From NCBI GenBank assembly GCA_977020255.1, contig CDROCS010002834.1:1-64000 (forward strand): a DNA stretch of 64,000 nt. The letters run 5' to 3'. Positions within the stretch are counted from its first letter, which is position 1. Every line of letters starts with the position of its first letter. Positions 13,243 through 22,491 of this stretch are shown here, piece after piece. The position numbers were made by a program, and so were the translations under genes. The DNA is from Obrimoposthia wandeli. Its lineage: Eukaryota. The notes below the pieces were generated by a model, which was not told the DNA's origin, searched no databases, and was given only the letters and a program-made list of their open reading frames with translations.

Positions 13243-13318
13243 TGGTGCTAATAGGCGGAGTCGAGCAGCCGACCTCACCCTTACTAAGGGTGCGCTCTAC
13301 CAACTGAGCTATATCAGC
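13243..13318 (-). tRNA. thrT: Degenerate tRNA-Thr at the thrT position; anticodon AGT, T arm damaged
   Basis: GCTGATATAGCTCAGTTGGTAGAGCGCACCCTTAGTAAGGGTGAGGTCGGCTGCTCGACTCCGCCTATTAGCACCA; T loop CTCGACT and a T-C mismatch in the T stem. Confidence 0.8.
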
Positions 13319-13330
13319 GCACAAGAAGTA

Positions 13331-13338
13331 TGGAGCGT

Positions 13339-13401
<63 letters not shown>

Positions 13402-13405
13402 ACGC
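13331..13405 (-). tRNA. glyT: tRNA-Gly(TCC)
   Basis: 75 nt, anticodon loop CTTCCAA, CCA end. Confidence 0.97.
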
Positions 13406-13444
13406 AAAACTCATCACTCGAAGAGCGGTCAAACTACTTGAAAA

Positions 13445-13476
<32 letters not shown>

Positions 13477-13529
13477 GCGGAGCCGTCAGATTTACAATCT
13501 GATCCCTTTGGCCACTCGGGAACCCCTCC
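13445..13529 (-). tRNA. tyrU: tRNA-Tyr(GTA)
   Basis: 85 nt with long variable arm, TCAGA-TTGTAAA-TCTGA anticodon arm, CCA end. Confidence 0.96.
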
Positions 13530-13548
13530 AGGGGTATTACAAAAATAC

Positions 13549-13566
13549 TGGTGCCGACTACCGGAG

Positions 13567-13624
<58 letters not shown>
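13549..13624 (-). tRNA. thrU: tRNA-Thr(TGT)
   Basis: 76 nt, anticodon loop CTTGTAA, CCA end. Confidence 0.97.
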
Positions 13625-13625
<1 letters not shown>

Positions 13626-13637
13626 TTAGTGCTGCGC

Positions 13638-13666
13638 ATTTTAGTGAATGATCTATAGGCTTGCAA
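13638..13666 (-). promoter_or_regulatory. Stable-RNA promoter of thrU-tyrU-glyT-thrT-tuf
   Basis: TTGCAA-17 bp-TAAAAT then GC-rich discriminator GCGCAGC. Confidence 0.75.
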
Positions 13667-13718
13667 TACCTTTGAGGCTATTTTTTAAAATTTTTGCTAA
13701 CGATTTTATATTACCGAC

Positions 13719-14450
13719 TTAACGACATTTGGCATATAAGGCTAAACCTTCCAGCACTAACTCTGAGCAATGTTGATAATGCCTTGACCATTGAACTGGA
13801 AGATGACGCATCCCTCCACCACACAAAATCACTTGAGGCTCTTCGCCCAATTTATCTTTTGCCTGCTTTAAACCGTATTCAATTAAGCCAATTAATGCAG
13901 CGCGACAGCCATTTTTTAAACCATCAGCGGTATTATCAGAAAATGTAATACACTCACCGTGCTCACGATCAGAAAAAACTTTACAGGTATTTTCTAGTAC
14001 TGACTGCATCATTAGTTGATAACCAGGCGCAATCCAACCTCCTAAATGTTTACCATCTTCAGCTAACACATCGAATGTTAAAGCCGTACCAATATCAACA
14101 ATCACTGTTGGTTTTTTAAATTTTTGCCGAATGGCCACTAAAGTTAACCATCGATCAACACCAAGATATTGATATTCAGAATAGGCATTTTTAACGCCAA
14201 AATCTTTCCGCAATGTTTTCACTTGCATGACTGGGATATTAGCCATCTGAGCAATACGTTGAATGGAATTATCCACCTCAACAGGCCCAACACTAGCAAA
14301 CACTATTCGATGAATTCCTTTCTCTAACAGTGGCTCAAGCACCATTTCTAATTTACGGCTAGGATAACGACCTAACAGCTCAAACTTTCCAGATTCAAAT
14401 AATTGGGCAACTTTAACGTAGGTATTGCCAGCTTCAATCAATAATTGCAT
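13719..14450 (-). CDS. coaX: Type III pantothenate kinase
   Basis: LLIEAGNT, LGVDRW, VDIGTALTFD, HLGGWIAPG motifs; ATG at 14450 overlaps the birA stop (TGATG). Confidence 0.9.
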   Translation of the reverse strand: MQLLIEAGNTYVKVAQLFESGKFELLGRYPSRKLEMVLEPLLEKGIHRIVFASVGPVEVDNSIQRIAQMANIPVMQVKTLRKDFGVKNAYSEYQYLGVDRWLTLVAIRQKFKKPTVIVDIGTALTFDVLAEDGKHLGGWIAPGYQLMMQSVLENTCKVFSDREHGECITFSDNTADGLKNGCRAALIGLIEYGLKQAKDKLGEEPQVILCGGGMRHLPVQWSRHYQHCSELVLEGLALYAKCR

Positions 14451-15412
14451 CAACAACCTCTAAGGCTGATTTCACCACCGATATAAGGTTCAATCCCTGA
14501 TTCGGTTTCAAGTAATAAGGCACCCTGCTTATCAATTCCACGAGCAATCCCTTCGATCACACGTTGACCAATTAATAATTTAACAGGACGATTCAAAAAG
14601 TTATCTATTCTATTCCAACGTTCAACAAAGCCATCTAATCCGACTTGTTCATAAGTTATTAATGTCTTTTGTAAACTATCAATAAGTTCAGCAGCTAAAT
14701 GATTTCGCTCAGGCAGTTTATCGCATGCTTGCGACAGATTAGTCCAAGCCTGTCCAATATCACTCCCTTCAGTATCCGGCATATTGATATTCAAACCCAT
14801 CCCTATGACAAGGTGAGCAGCATCGCCTGCCTGACCAGTCATCTCAACTAAGATCCCTGCCAGCTTTTTATCTCTGTAATAGAGATCATTAGGCCATTTC
14901 ACTCTAACTTCATCAGCACCGAGTGATTGCAATGTTTCAGCAATAGCGACACCAACAACGAGACTCAACCCCATTGCAGCCGCCATACCAGCATCTAGGC
15001 GCCAATACATAGATAAATAAAGGTTGCTACCAAACGGTGACAGCCATTGCCGTCCACGACGCCCCCTACCTGCCTGCTGATATTCCGCCAAGCAAACAGC
15101 ACCCTTAGGTAAAAGCCCAAAGCGATCGAGTAAATACTGATTAGTCGAGTCAATGATGGGAATTAACTCTAACTGCGGACACTTTACCTGAGACAAAATC
15201 TTATCGCAATCCAGTAACTCTATCGGAGTAGATATACAATACCCCTTTCCCTGAATACGAAATAGGTCTAACCCCCAAAGCTGTAACACTTTGATATGCT
15301 TACTTATGGCAGATCTTGAAATACCCAAAAACTCACCAAGAGTCTCTCCTGAATGGAATTGACCATCAGCCAATAGCTTAATTAATGCTAACCGCGTAGC
15401 ATGTTCTTTCAT
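14450..15412 (-). CDS. birA: Biotin protein ligase / bio repressor
   Basis: N-terminal HTH, STN, GRGRRGRQW and VKWPNDL motifs. Confidence 0.97.
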   Translation of the reverse strand: MKEHATRLALIKLLADGQFHSGETLGEFLGISRSAISKHIKVLQLWGLDLFRIQGKGYCISTPIELLDCDKILSQVKCPQLELIPIIDSTNQYLLDRFGLLPKGAVCLAEYQQAGRGRRGRQWLSPFGSNLYLSMYWRLDAGMAAAMGLSLVVGVAIAETLQSLGADEVRVKWPNDLYYRDKKLAGILVEMTGQAGDAAHLVIGMGLNINMPDTEGSDIGQAWTNLSQACDKLPERNHLAAELIDSLQKTLITYEQVGLDGFVERWNRIDNFLNRPVKLLIGQRVIEGIARGIDKQGALLLETESGIEPYIGGEISLRGC

Positions 15413-16449
15413 GCTAACACCTCAGACAGCGTCGTTTCTTTTGACGCCCCCATAAAGCGCACTTCATGTTCGAGCAACACCCCAAATTTATCATTAACAG
15501 CGTTAACAACGTGTTGGGCCAGTAATAACACATCTCTAGCGGTAGCATTTCCCGTATTGACTAACACAAGAGCCTGTTGTTCATGCACTTTTGCACCACC
15601 AATCTGCATACCTTTCAAATCACACTGATCAATCAACCAGCCAGCCGCTAGTTTATATTCAAGATTTGAAACTTTATAGTTCGGCATTTGAGGGTATTGA
15701 TATAACAATGCATCTTTAATTGATTGCGTTATCACTGGGTTTTTAAAAAAACTCCCAGCATTCCCCAACACTTGTGGATCGGGTAATTTCGACTGTCTAA
15801 CTCTGCAAACTGCATTAAAAACATCAATTGCAGCAACCGTTGTCTTGTTAAGCTCAGCTAAGGGACCGTAGGTTGTTTTAGGCTCCCACTCCTTTTTCAA
15901 AATAAAGCCGACCGCAACTATGATATGGGTTTCTTTTAATCCATGCTTAAAAACTGAATCTCGATAACCAAATTGACACTCTTTCCGGCTCAACCTTGAT
16001 ACTTCACCAGAATCGATATCTAAAATATCAACATATTGACAAATATCTTGCAGCTCTACACCATAAGCACCAATATTTTGAATCGGAGAGGACCCAACAC
16101 AACCAGGTATCAGAGCAAGGTTTTCTAGTCCTGGCATATTATGTTCAATGGTCCATTGAACGAAGCCATGCCAGTCTTCCCCAGCCCCTACATGTAATAA
16201 ATAACTCTCTTGTGTCTCGTTAACCATTATTCCTTTAATACGGTTAAGAACAACAACACCAGAAAAATCATCACAAAAAAGTAGGTTACTACCCTTACCT
16301 AAAACTAATTTAGGCAGTGTCTGATATTGCTTATCACGCCAAATCAACAATAAATCGTCAACTGACTCAGCCTCAATAAGTGCATAAGCTTGTGACTCTA
16401 TACCAAAGGTGTGAAAAGCAGCCAACGATGTTTCTTGTAAAATTCTCAT
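15409..16449 (-). CDS. murB: UDP-N-acetylenolpyruvoylglucosamine reductase
   Basis: LGKGSNLLF, GLENLALIPGCVG, FGYRDSVFK, GNAGSFFKNP, LEHEV; ATGA overlap with birA. Confidence 0.97.
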   Translation of the reverse strand: MRILQETSLAAFHTFGIESQAYALIEAESVDDLLLIWRDKQYQTLPKLVLGKGSNLLFCDDFSGVVVLNRIKGIMVNETQESYLLHVGAGEDWHGFVQWTIEHNMPGLENLALIPGCVGSSPIQNIGAYGVELQDICQYVDILDIDSGEVSRLSRKECQFGYRDSVFKHGLKETHIIVAVGFILKKEWEPKTTYGPLAELNKTTVAAIDVFNAVCRVRQSKLPDPQVLGNAGSFFKNPVITQSIKDALLYQYPQMPNYKVSNLEYKLAAGWLIDQCDLKGMQIGGAKVHEQQALVLVNTGNATARDVLLLAQHVVNAVNDKFGVLLEHEVRFMGASKETTLSEVLA

Positions 16450-16524
16450 GCTAATATCGAACCATACCTTTTATACTCATCGCAATATTTTACCCGATTC
16501 ATACTAACTACGCAGTGTTTTCCC

Positions 16525-16950
16525 ATGACTAAGCTTAGATTTCACCATTTAGAACCTCTTCGTTTTCCACTAGTAAACCGATTATATAAAAGCTACTACC
16601 CCGCAGGAAAAGCAAAAAAAGATGAAATAATATGGGTTGGAGAGAATGAGAAAGGTATAATTTGCGTCGTTAGGTTTAAGCAATTTGAAAACATTCAGTT
16701 ATTAACAGGAATGCTTGTTCATCCTGAATGTCGAGAACAAGGGCTTGCTAAAGATTTGTTAACGGCAACGAAAACGCAAATAAATTGCAAGCCTTGTTAC
16801 TGTTTTGCGTTTCGTGAATTAATCCCACTTTATTCAAACGCTAACTTCCATTTGGTCGATAAAATCGAGTTACCTGAAGTACTTTCTAACCGATTAATAC
16901 GTTATATTAGCAGTGGGAAAGACCTTGTCGCGATGCGTTATGAAGCTTAA
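16525..16950 (+). CDS. GNAT-family acetyltransferase
   Basis: Acetyl-CoA motif A-like LVHPECREQGLAKDLL; 141 aa. Confidence 0.75.
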   Translation: MTKLRFHHLEPLRFPLVNRLYKSYYPAGKAKKDEIIWVGENEKGIICVVRFKQFENIQLLTGMLVHPECREQGLAKDLLTATKTQINCKPCYCFAFRELIPLYSNANFHLVDKIELPEVLSNRLIRYISSGKDLVAMRYEA

Positions 16951-16998
16951 CTCGTCACATTTTAATATACTCGTGACATAAGCTAACAATGGAATACA

Positions 16999-17025
16999 TT
17001 GACATCAGGAATTTTCTGGTATAAT
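16999..17025 (+). promoter_or_regulatory. pssA promoter (extended -10)
   Basis: TTGACA-15 bp-TATAAT with TG two bases before the -10 hexamer. Confidence 0.65.
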
Positions 17026-17078
17026 CCCGCTCTTATTTAACAGGTTTATCTACTGTAAGTCGCGCAAACGAGGCAATA

Positions 17079-18428
17079 ATGGATTCAGCTATTACAAATA
17101 GGCAGCGTATTGAACAGCTGCCATGTATTGCTCACAAGCCAGAAGATTTGGAAACACTTTTAGATGCTGGTTCATTCAGAGAACGCCTTCATTCTGAAAT
17201 AATGCAGGCAAAGCATCGCATTTATCTAGTTGCTTTATATTTGCAAGATGATGAAGCTGGTAGAGCAATACTGACATCATTATATGAAGCAAAACAGCTC
17301 AACCCTAATCTAGATATCAAAGTACTGGTTGATTGGCATCGTGCACAACGAGGGCTAATTGGGGCCGCACAATCTGACGGCAATGCTGCTTTTTATCGTG
17401 AATTTGCAGAGAAGTATCAATATCAAATTGAAGTTCTAGGGGTACCCGTTAGAAACCGTGAAGTATTTGGTGTTTTACACCTTAAAGGTTTCATTGTTGA
17501 TAATAAAGTTATCTATAGTGGTGCTAGCCTAAATGATGTGTATTTAGCTCAACATGAGCGTTATCGCTATGACAGATACCATGTAATTCACAATGTAAAG
17601 CTTGCGGATAGTATGGCTGGCTTTATTACGAATACTTTAGTAGAAAGTGATGCTGTCAATTGCTTGAACCAAGAAGTACGTCCTGATACCAAGTCTCTAA
17701 AAGGTGCAATCAAAAATCTTCGCTCTCAACTACAGCGTGCTAGTTACAATTATCAAGCTGAGGAAATTAACGAAGACCAAGTCGGTTTAACACCTTTACT
17801 TGGCTTAGGTAAGCGCAAAAATAAACTAAACGAACATATTTGTACTCTTATTGCTAGTTCGCAAAAAGAACTCATCATATGCACGCCCTACTTCAATTTT
17901 CCTCGGACTGTAGGTAGAGAAGTTCGCCGTGCAATACGACGAGGTGTTAAAGTTACAATTGTTATTGGTGACAAAACAGCTAATGATTTTTTTATTCCAC
18001 CAAGTGAACCATTCAAAACGATCGCAGGATTACCTTATTTATATGAAGTAAACCTTCGTAATTTTGCAAAACAAAATGAAGCCGCAATAGCACGTAGACA
18101 GTTAGCCATACATCTATGGAAACACGAAGATAATAGCTTTCACCTTAAAGGGATATGGGTAGATCGGAGCTATATGCTCATTACTGGGAATAATTTAAAC
18201 CCAAGGGCGTGGAAATTAGACCTAGAAAATGCCATTTTAGTTCATGATAAGAATCAATTACTGGCAGACCAAAAACAAAAAGAGTTAGATTGCATTCTTA
18301 AACATACCCAATTAGTTGGCAGCTATAAATTCATAGAAAAAATAGATAACTACCCAGCTCCAGTCAGAAAGCTTATTAAACGAATTCGTCGTATTAAAGC
18401 CGACCATATCCTCAATCAAATTTTGTAG
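17079..18428 (+). CDS. pssA: CDP-diacylglycerol-serine O-phosphatidyltransferase (type I, PLD family)
   Basis: Two HKD motifs (HLKGFIVD, HLKGIWVD), SGASLN and GNNLNPR; 449 aa. Confidence 0.95.
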   Translation: MDSAITNRQRIEQLPCIAHKPEDLETLLDAGSFRERLHSEIMQAKHRIYLVALYLQDDEAGRAILTSLYEAKQLNPNLDIKVLVDWHRAQRGLIGAAQSDGNAAFYREFAEKYQYQIEVLGVPVRNREVFGVLHLKGFIVDNKVIYSGASLNDVYLAQHERYRYDRYHVIHNVKLADSMAGFITNTLVESDAVNCLNQEVRPDTKSLKGAIKNLRSQLQRASYNYQAEEINEDQVGLTPLLGLGKRKNKLNEHICTLIASSQKELIICTPYFNFPRTVGREVRRAIRRGVKVTIVIGDKTANDFFIPPSEPFKTIAGLPYLYEVNLRNFAKQNEAAIARRQLAIHLWKHEDNSFHLKGIWVDRSYMLITGNNLNPRAWKLDLENAILVHDKNQLLADQKQKELDCILKHTQLVGSYKFIEKIDNYPAPVRKLIKRIRRIKADHILNQIL

Positions 18429-18435
18429 GTATCAA

Positions 18436-19065
18436 ATGATTATTGCAGCCATTGATGTTGACCCACAAAAAGCATTTACTCCTCTTTGCCCAAATGAGCT
18501 TCCAGTAAATGAGGGTGATATCATTGGTCCAGCGTTAAACGCACAAGCAAGAAAAGCACATTTTCGTGTGCTCACAAAAGATGCCCATCAATCGAATGCT
18601 ATATGGACTGTCGATAATCATTCTCAAATGTTACAGCCGTTAGATCATCCAAATGCAGACTTAACTTGGGTATCACATGCAGTACCTGGCACAAGAGGCT
18701 TTGAGACTATCCCAGAGCTTCCAGCAGTCACTGATTATGATTTCGTTGTATGGAAAGGTATAGAAGCCGATCTGCATCCATACGGAGCCTGTTATCACGA
18801 TATAAAAGAGCAGCTTAGTACTGGGCTTATCGAATGGCTCATAGCTAAAGATGTCGATACTGTTTTGATTGGTGGTCTTGCTACTGATTATTGTGTAAAG
18901 ACAACTGCACTGCAATTAGTTAAAAGTAAGCAATTCAAGGTCATCGTTAACGTAGAGGCTTGTCGAGGAATAGCGACAGAAACAATAGAATTAGCTTACA
19001 AAGAAATGTCTCAGGCCGGCATTACCATCATTAAAAATATTAATGACTTACAAATACACTTATAA
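18436..19065 (+). CDS. pncA: Nicotinamidase/pyrazinamidase (isochorismatase family)
   Basis: DVDPQKAF, TKDAH, VWKG, GGLATDYCVKTTA give the Asp-Lys-Cys catalytic triad. Confidence 0.85.
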   Translation: MIIAAIDVDPQKAFTPLCPNELPVNEGDIIGPALNAQARKAHFRVLTKDAHQSNAIWTVDNHSQMLQPLDHPNADLTWVSHAVPGTRGFETIPELPAVTDYDFVVWKGIEADLHPYGACYHDIKEQLSTGLIEWLIAKDVDTVLIGGLATDYCVKTTALQLVKSKQFKVIVNVEACRGIATETIELAYKEMSQAGITIIKNINDLQIHL

Positions 19066-19084
19066 AACTACCCCCGAATAAAAA

Positions 19085-19440
19085 GCTATGTTGAATAAGC
19101 TGTTGCGGCATTCGTCCAACAGCTTCGAATAAACAAACTTCAGAGGTTATTTCTGTTCGATAACGCTCTAACATCCGACGTCAACCCAAATGATCGTCCA
19201 AATACTTTTTTCCACTCCATGAAATCGATGCAACCACCCTTTGAGGCGGCTATCAAATGCATTCATACTCTGAATGTAAAAAGCACCTCGATCCCGGGGC
19301 GGGGGGCTTTACGTCATGCGCAATCTCCAAACCTTTACAGAAGGCATTATAAACCTCAGCGCCATTGGCATCCTTATCAACCGATAGGAATAAAGCGGCT
19401 TTAACATATGCAACATCGCCCCTCTCTAAAATGATGGTTG
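19085..19440 (-). mobile_element. IS1595-family remnant (3' part of transposase plus terminal repeat)
   Basis: Frame-hopping translation: VKAALFLSVDKDA..VYNAFCKGLEIAH..FYIQSMNAFDSRLKGWLHRFHGV..KYLDDHLG*RRMLE; end GCTATGTTGAATAAGCTGTTG at 19085. Confidence 0.75.
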
Positions 19441-20520
19441 CGGTATTTTTCAAGGTAATTGTCACTACTTGGTCGATTGATTCAGATGAACAGCTCCGAC
19501 AGGTTGACAGTCCCTAATATTTTTCGACCAACGTTCTGGTCTCGTTCTTCGATGTTCTGATAATACCCTCTCTCGAAGATTCAATATCGCAGTGCCTTTT
19601 CCATTATGGTGTTACTTAATTTAGGCTACTGTGTTTGTGCTCGATATTGTACTAACGCACAAAGCTATCTACCCGACGTCGGCTATAGGAAGATGTAATG
19701 CCTAGCTCTTCCATTTCTGCTTTGAACGTTAATATTTTCACCGGGCTGTCATTATCAGAGTGCAGCGCTAACGGTTGATTGAAGCATTGATCACGCATAA
19801 ACGTACGCTGTAAAAGCTGCGAGGCTAACTCTTAGCATTTTCGGTCATTAACTTCATACCCAACGATTTTTCGGCTACAGGTATCTTCTCCCACGCACAC
19901 CTGAAGGAAGGAAAGTGATGCCCCATGCGTATACTTGGTTCGACTTTGCTGCTGTATAGCTTGTTGGTTTAATTCCCTTTTGGCGACTACGTTGGCGATC
20001 TCTTGAATTGAGTAGTTCTGCTTTCGCAAACACGCGATAATAACTGCTCTCCGATGCGATATATTCACCTTTATCCAGCAATCTCGGGACTATCTGGGCT
20101 GGGGGCAAATTCGTATACTCTTATTGATTGCAAACATCTAAGATCGCTTGTTTTTCTTCGTCTGAGAGCTTATTAGCAGGCTCACGACTATCGGGCTTCG
20201 TTAACCTTTTCGTCTTTATACCTACGACGATAGACTCTTAAGCTGATTTTAGCTTCAAGACAAACAGGATCAAATCGACAGCCATTTTTGCTGGCCTCAT
20301 GAATGAGAGTGATGAGACTTTGCCTTTCCTCGGTTGAGGTTAATCGTCCTCGGGTTCTTCCCGTAAAAGGCTCTCAGCTTTTTCTTAGCGCCAGTAAGGC
20401 AGTAGTTCCAGCCAGTGCTTTTTCTTTGTAACGCAGTTCTTTTTTTAGCGGTTTAATCTCAACCTTATCAGCTTTCACTTTTTTTTTGTTTCCATATCAT
20501 TCTCTTTGATCGACTTAACC
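19441..20520 (-). mobile_element. Degenerate IS3-family element (orfA end plus broken orfB)
   Basis: orfA end KKELRYKEKALAGTTALLAL; orfB PPAQIVPRLLDKGEYIASESSYYRV, KIVGYEV, LHSDN, RPERWS; terminal GACAATTACCTTGAAAAATACCG; many stops and frameshifts. Confidence 0.85.
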
Positions 20521-20544
20521 TTGCACGTTGGTGCCAGCTAGCTT

Positions 20545-20989
20545 GACCTATTAATCGGGTGGCGTTGCTTCGGAAATGAAGCGTAGCTGTTCACGTATGG
20601 CTTCCATATTACTGTGCCTCATTTTGACCCGTTTGATTGCTGTCACTGAATAGCTCTAGGTCTAGTTCCTTTCCCCGACCAAATCCTTGTGGTGGTATTT
20701 CGTTGACCTAATCTCGCTTCATCTTGAAACTAAAATTAATACGTCATTTAGATGAATATACCCAGGGATTTTTAGGATCGTTTGTAACAGGAATTTTTTA
20801 AACGCTTCTTCGGCTAGTCTGATTAATGTGGATGTTTGGAGCGAGAGGTTGTTATCCATCGAAGGTTAGCTCATATAATAATCGACAAATCCCAGATAAC
20901 GCGTAACTCACACCAAAGTTAGCATCAATATACGCTTGAATATCAGAATATTTAAGCTGCCTGCCTTTAGATTTATCCGCATTTGATGT
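20545..20989 (-). mobile_element. Older IS630-family remnant, inverse orientation
   Basis: Translation gives SRSKHP, EAFKKFLLQTILKIPG, FQDEARLGQRNTTTRIWSGKGTRPRAIQ*QQ, NMEAIREQLRFISEATP, paralogous to the plus-strand transposase next door. Confidence 0.8.
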
Positions 20990-22103
20990 TATGCCAAACT
21001 AGTTAAAAATATGACCTAATTGAGGCTATCTACTTTGTCTGAGTTATTGTCATGGATAGCTTTAATAATATCGACTTTAAATCACTTGCCAGCAAACAAA
21101 CATCGATCCAGATGAAAATGCGCTTTATGGCACTTGCTCACTTCCAAGATGGTCATTCACGTATTCAGATGGCTAAGTACTTAAAGGTTAATCGCACCAG
21201 TGTAAACAAATGGATTCAGGTTTTTCTTGAAGAGGGACTCGACGGACTAAGGGAAAAACCTCGTACCGGACGTCCTTCTTTTCTCTCTCATCAAGAAAGG
21301 CAACAGCTCGCCAAGTACATTGAAGAGAACGCGGCTAAACCTGATGGTGGCAGACACATGGGTCATGATATTCATGACTACATCACGCAGACATTTGGCA
21401 AAGCATACAAGCCAGACTACACCTATATATTACTCAAAAAAATGGACTTTTCATGGATAACCTCTCGCTCAAAGCACCTTAAGCAGTGCGATAAAATTCA
21501 AGAAGATTTTAAACAATTTAAAATAGAAACGATCCTTAAGATCCCTGGTCACATAGGGCTTGAGAGTGTTGATGTTTGGTTTCAAGATGAAGCACGATTC
21601 GGCCAACAGAACACCACAACAAGGGTTTAGGCAAAGACAGGAACGCGTCCGCGCGTCATCAAACAGCAGCAGTTTGAATATGCGTATATCTTTGGGTCTG
21701 TTTGTCCTAGCCGAGGCATTGGAGAAGTAATCGTTGTTCCTTGGAGCAATAAAGATGCGATGAAACTACATCTTCAGCAAGTATCAAATGCTACAGAAAA
21801 AGGCAGGCATGCCGTTGTGATAATGGATGGTGCAGGATGGCATAACGAAGACACGGCACATAGTTTTCATAATATCAGTATCATAAAGCTTCCTCCATAT
21901 ACACTAGAGCTCAATTCAATAGAACAAGTGTGGAGTTAGATGAGGCAACACCATTTATCGAACCAAGCTTTTAAAAATTAAGATGAGATTATTGATAAGG
22001 TGTGCAGTGCTTGGAATAGCTTTCTCAGTGACACGAAAAGGGTAACAAGGATGTGCGCGAGAAGCTGGATTAGCCTGATCAGTTAATTAGCTAGAATGGT
22101 ATA
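20990..22103 (+). mobile_element. IS630-family element, full length (~1.1 kb)
   Basis: Imperfect terminal inverted repeats TATGCCAAACTAGTTAA / TTAATTAGCTAGAATGGTATA with TA at both ends. Confidence 0.85.
21052..22086 (+). pseudogene. IS630 transposase with three in-frame stops
   Basis: HTH region then FQDEARFG, IMDGAGWH, LPPYTLELNSIEQVW in one frame; stops at 21628 (TAG), ~21937 (TAG) and ~21979 (TAA). Confidence 0.88.
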
Positions 22104-22155
22104 AGACGGTTATAGTGAGAACATTTGTACGGATAGTATCATTTATCTATAGACG

Positions 22156-22187
22156 AAAAAAAGCCCTAATCTTTCGATTAGGGCTTC
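22156..22187 (-). terminator. Terminator of downstream rRNA operon
   Basis: GAAGCCCTAATC-GAAA-GATTAGGGCTTTTTTT after tRNA-Asp. Confidence 0.85.
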
Positions 22188-22195
22188 TTCAATAA

Positions 22196-22272
22196 TGGCG
22201 GAGTGGACGGGACTCGAACCCGCGACCCCCGGCGTGACAGGCCGGTATTCTAACCAACTGAACTACCACTCC
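22196..22272 (-). tRNA. tRNA-Asp(GTC)
   Basis: 77 nt GGAGTGGTAG...CCTGTCACG...CTCCGCCA, trailer tRNA of the rrn operon. Confidence 0.97.
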
Positions 22273-22374
22273 ACAGTGTCTATTCAGCATAATGCTATTA
22301 CTTACAATAAAACGGTTCACCGTTTTATTTTTGTCTTCATATTTTCTAAAAGAAAAAATGAAGACGAATAGGGA

Positions 22375-22491
22375 ACTTGGCAATGACCTACTCTCACATG
22401 GGGAGACCCCACACTACCATCGGCGCAACTATATTTCACTTCTGAGTTCGGCATGGGATCAGGTGGTTCTATAGTGCTATGGTCGCCAAGT
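22375..22491 (-). rRNA. rrf: 5S rRNA (operon 1)
   Basis: CCATGCCGAACTCAGAAGTGAAA and GATGGTAGTGTGGGG motifs. Confidence 0.96.

Noticed and set aside
21628-21981. Stop-codon recoding suggested by TAG at Trp positions in the IS630 transposase
   Set aside because: Single G-to-A transitions in a dead IS explain it; TAG is an ordinary stop in genes here (pssA, luxS, raiA, pheA).
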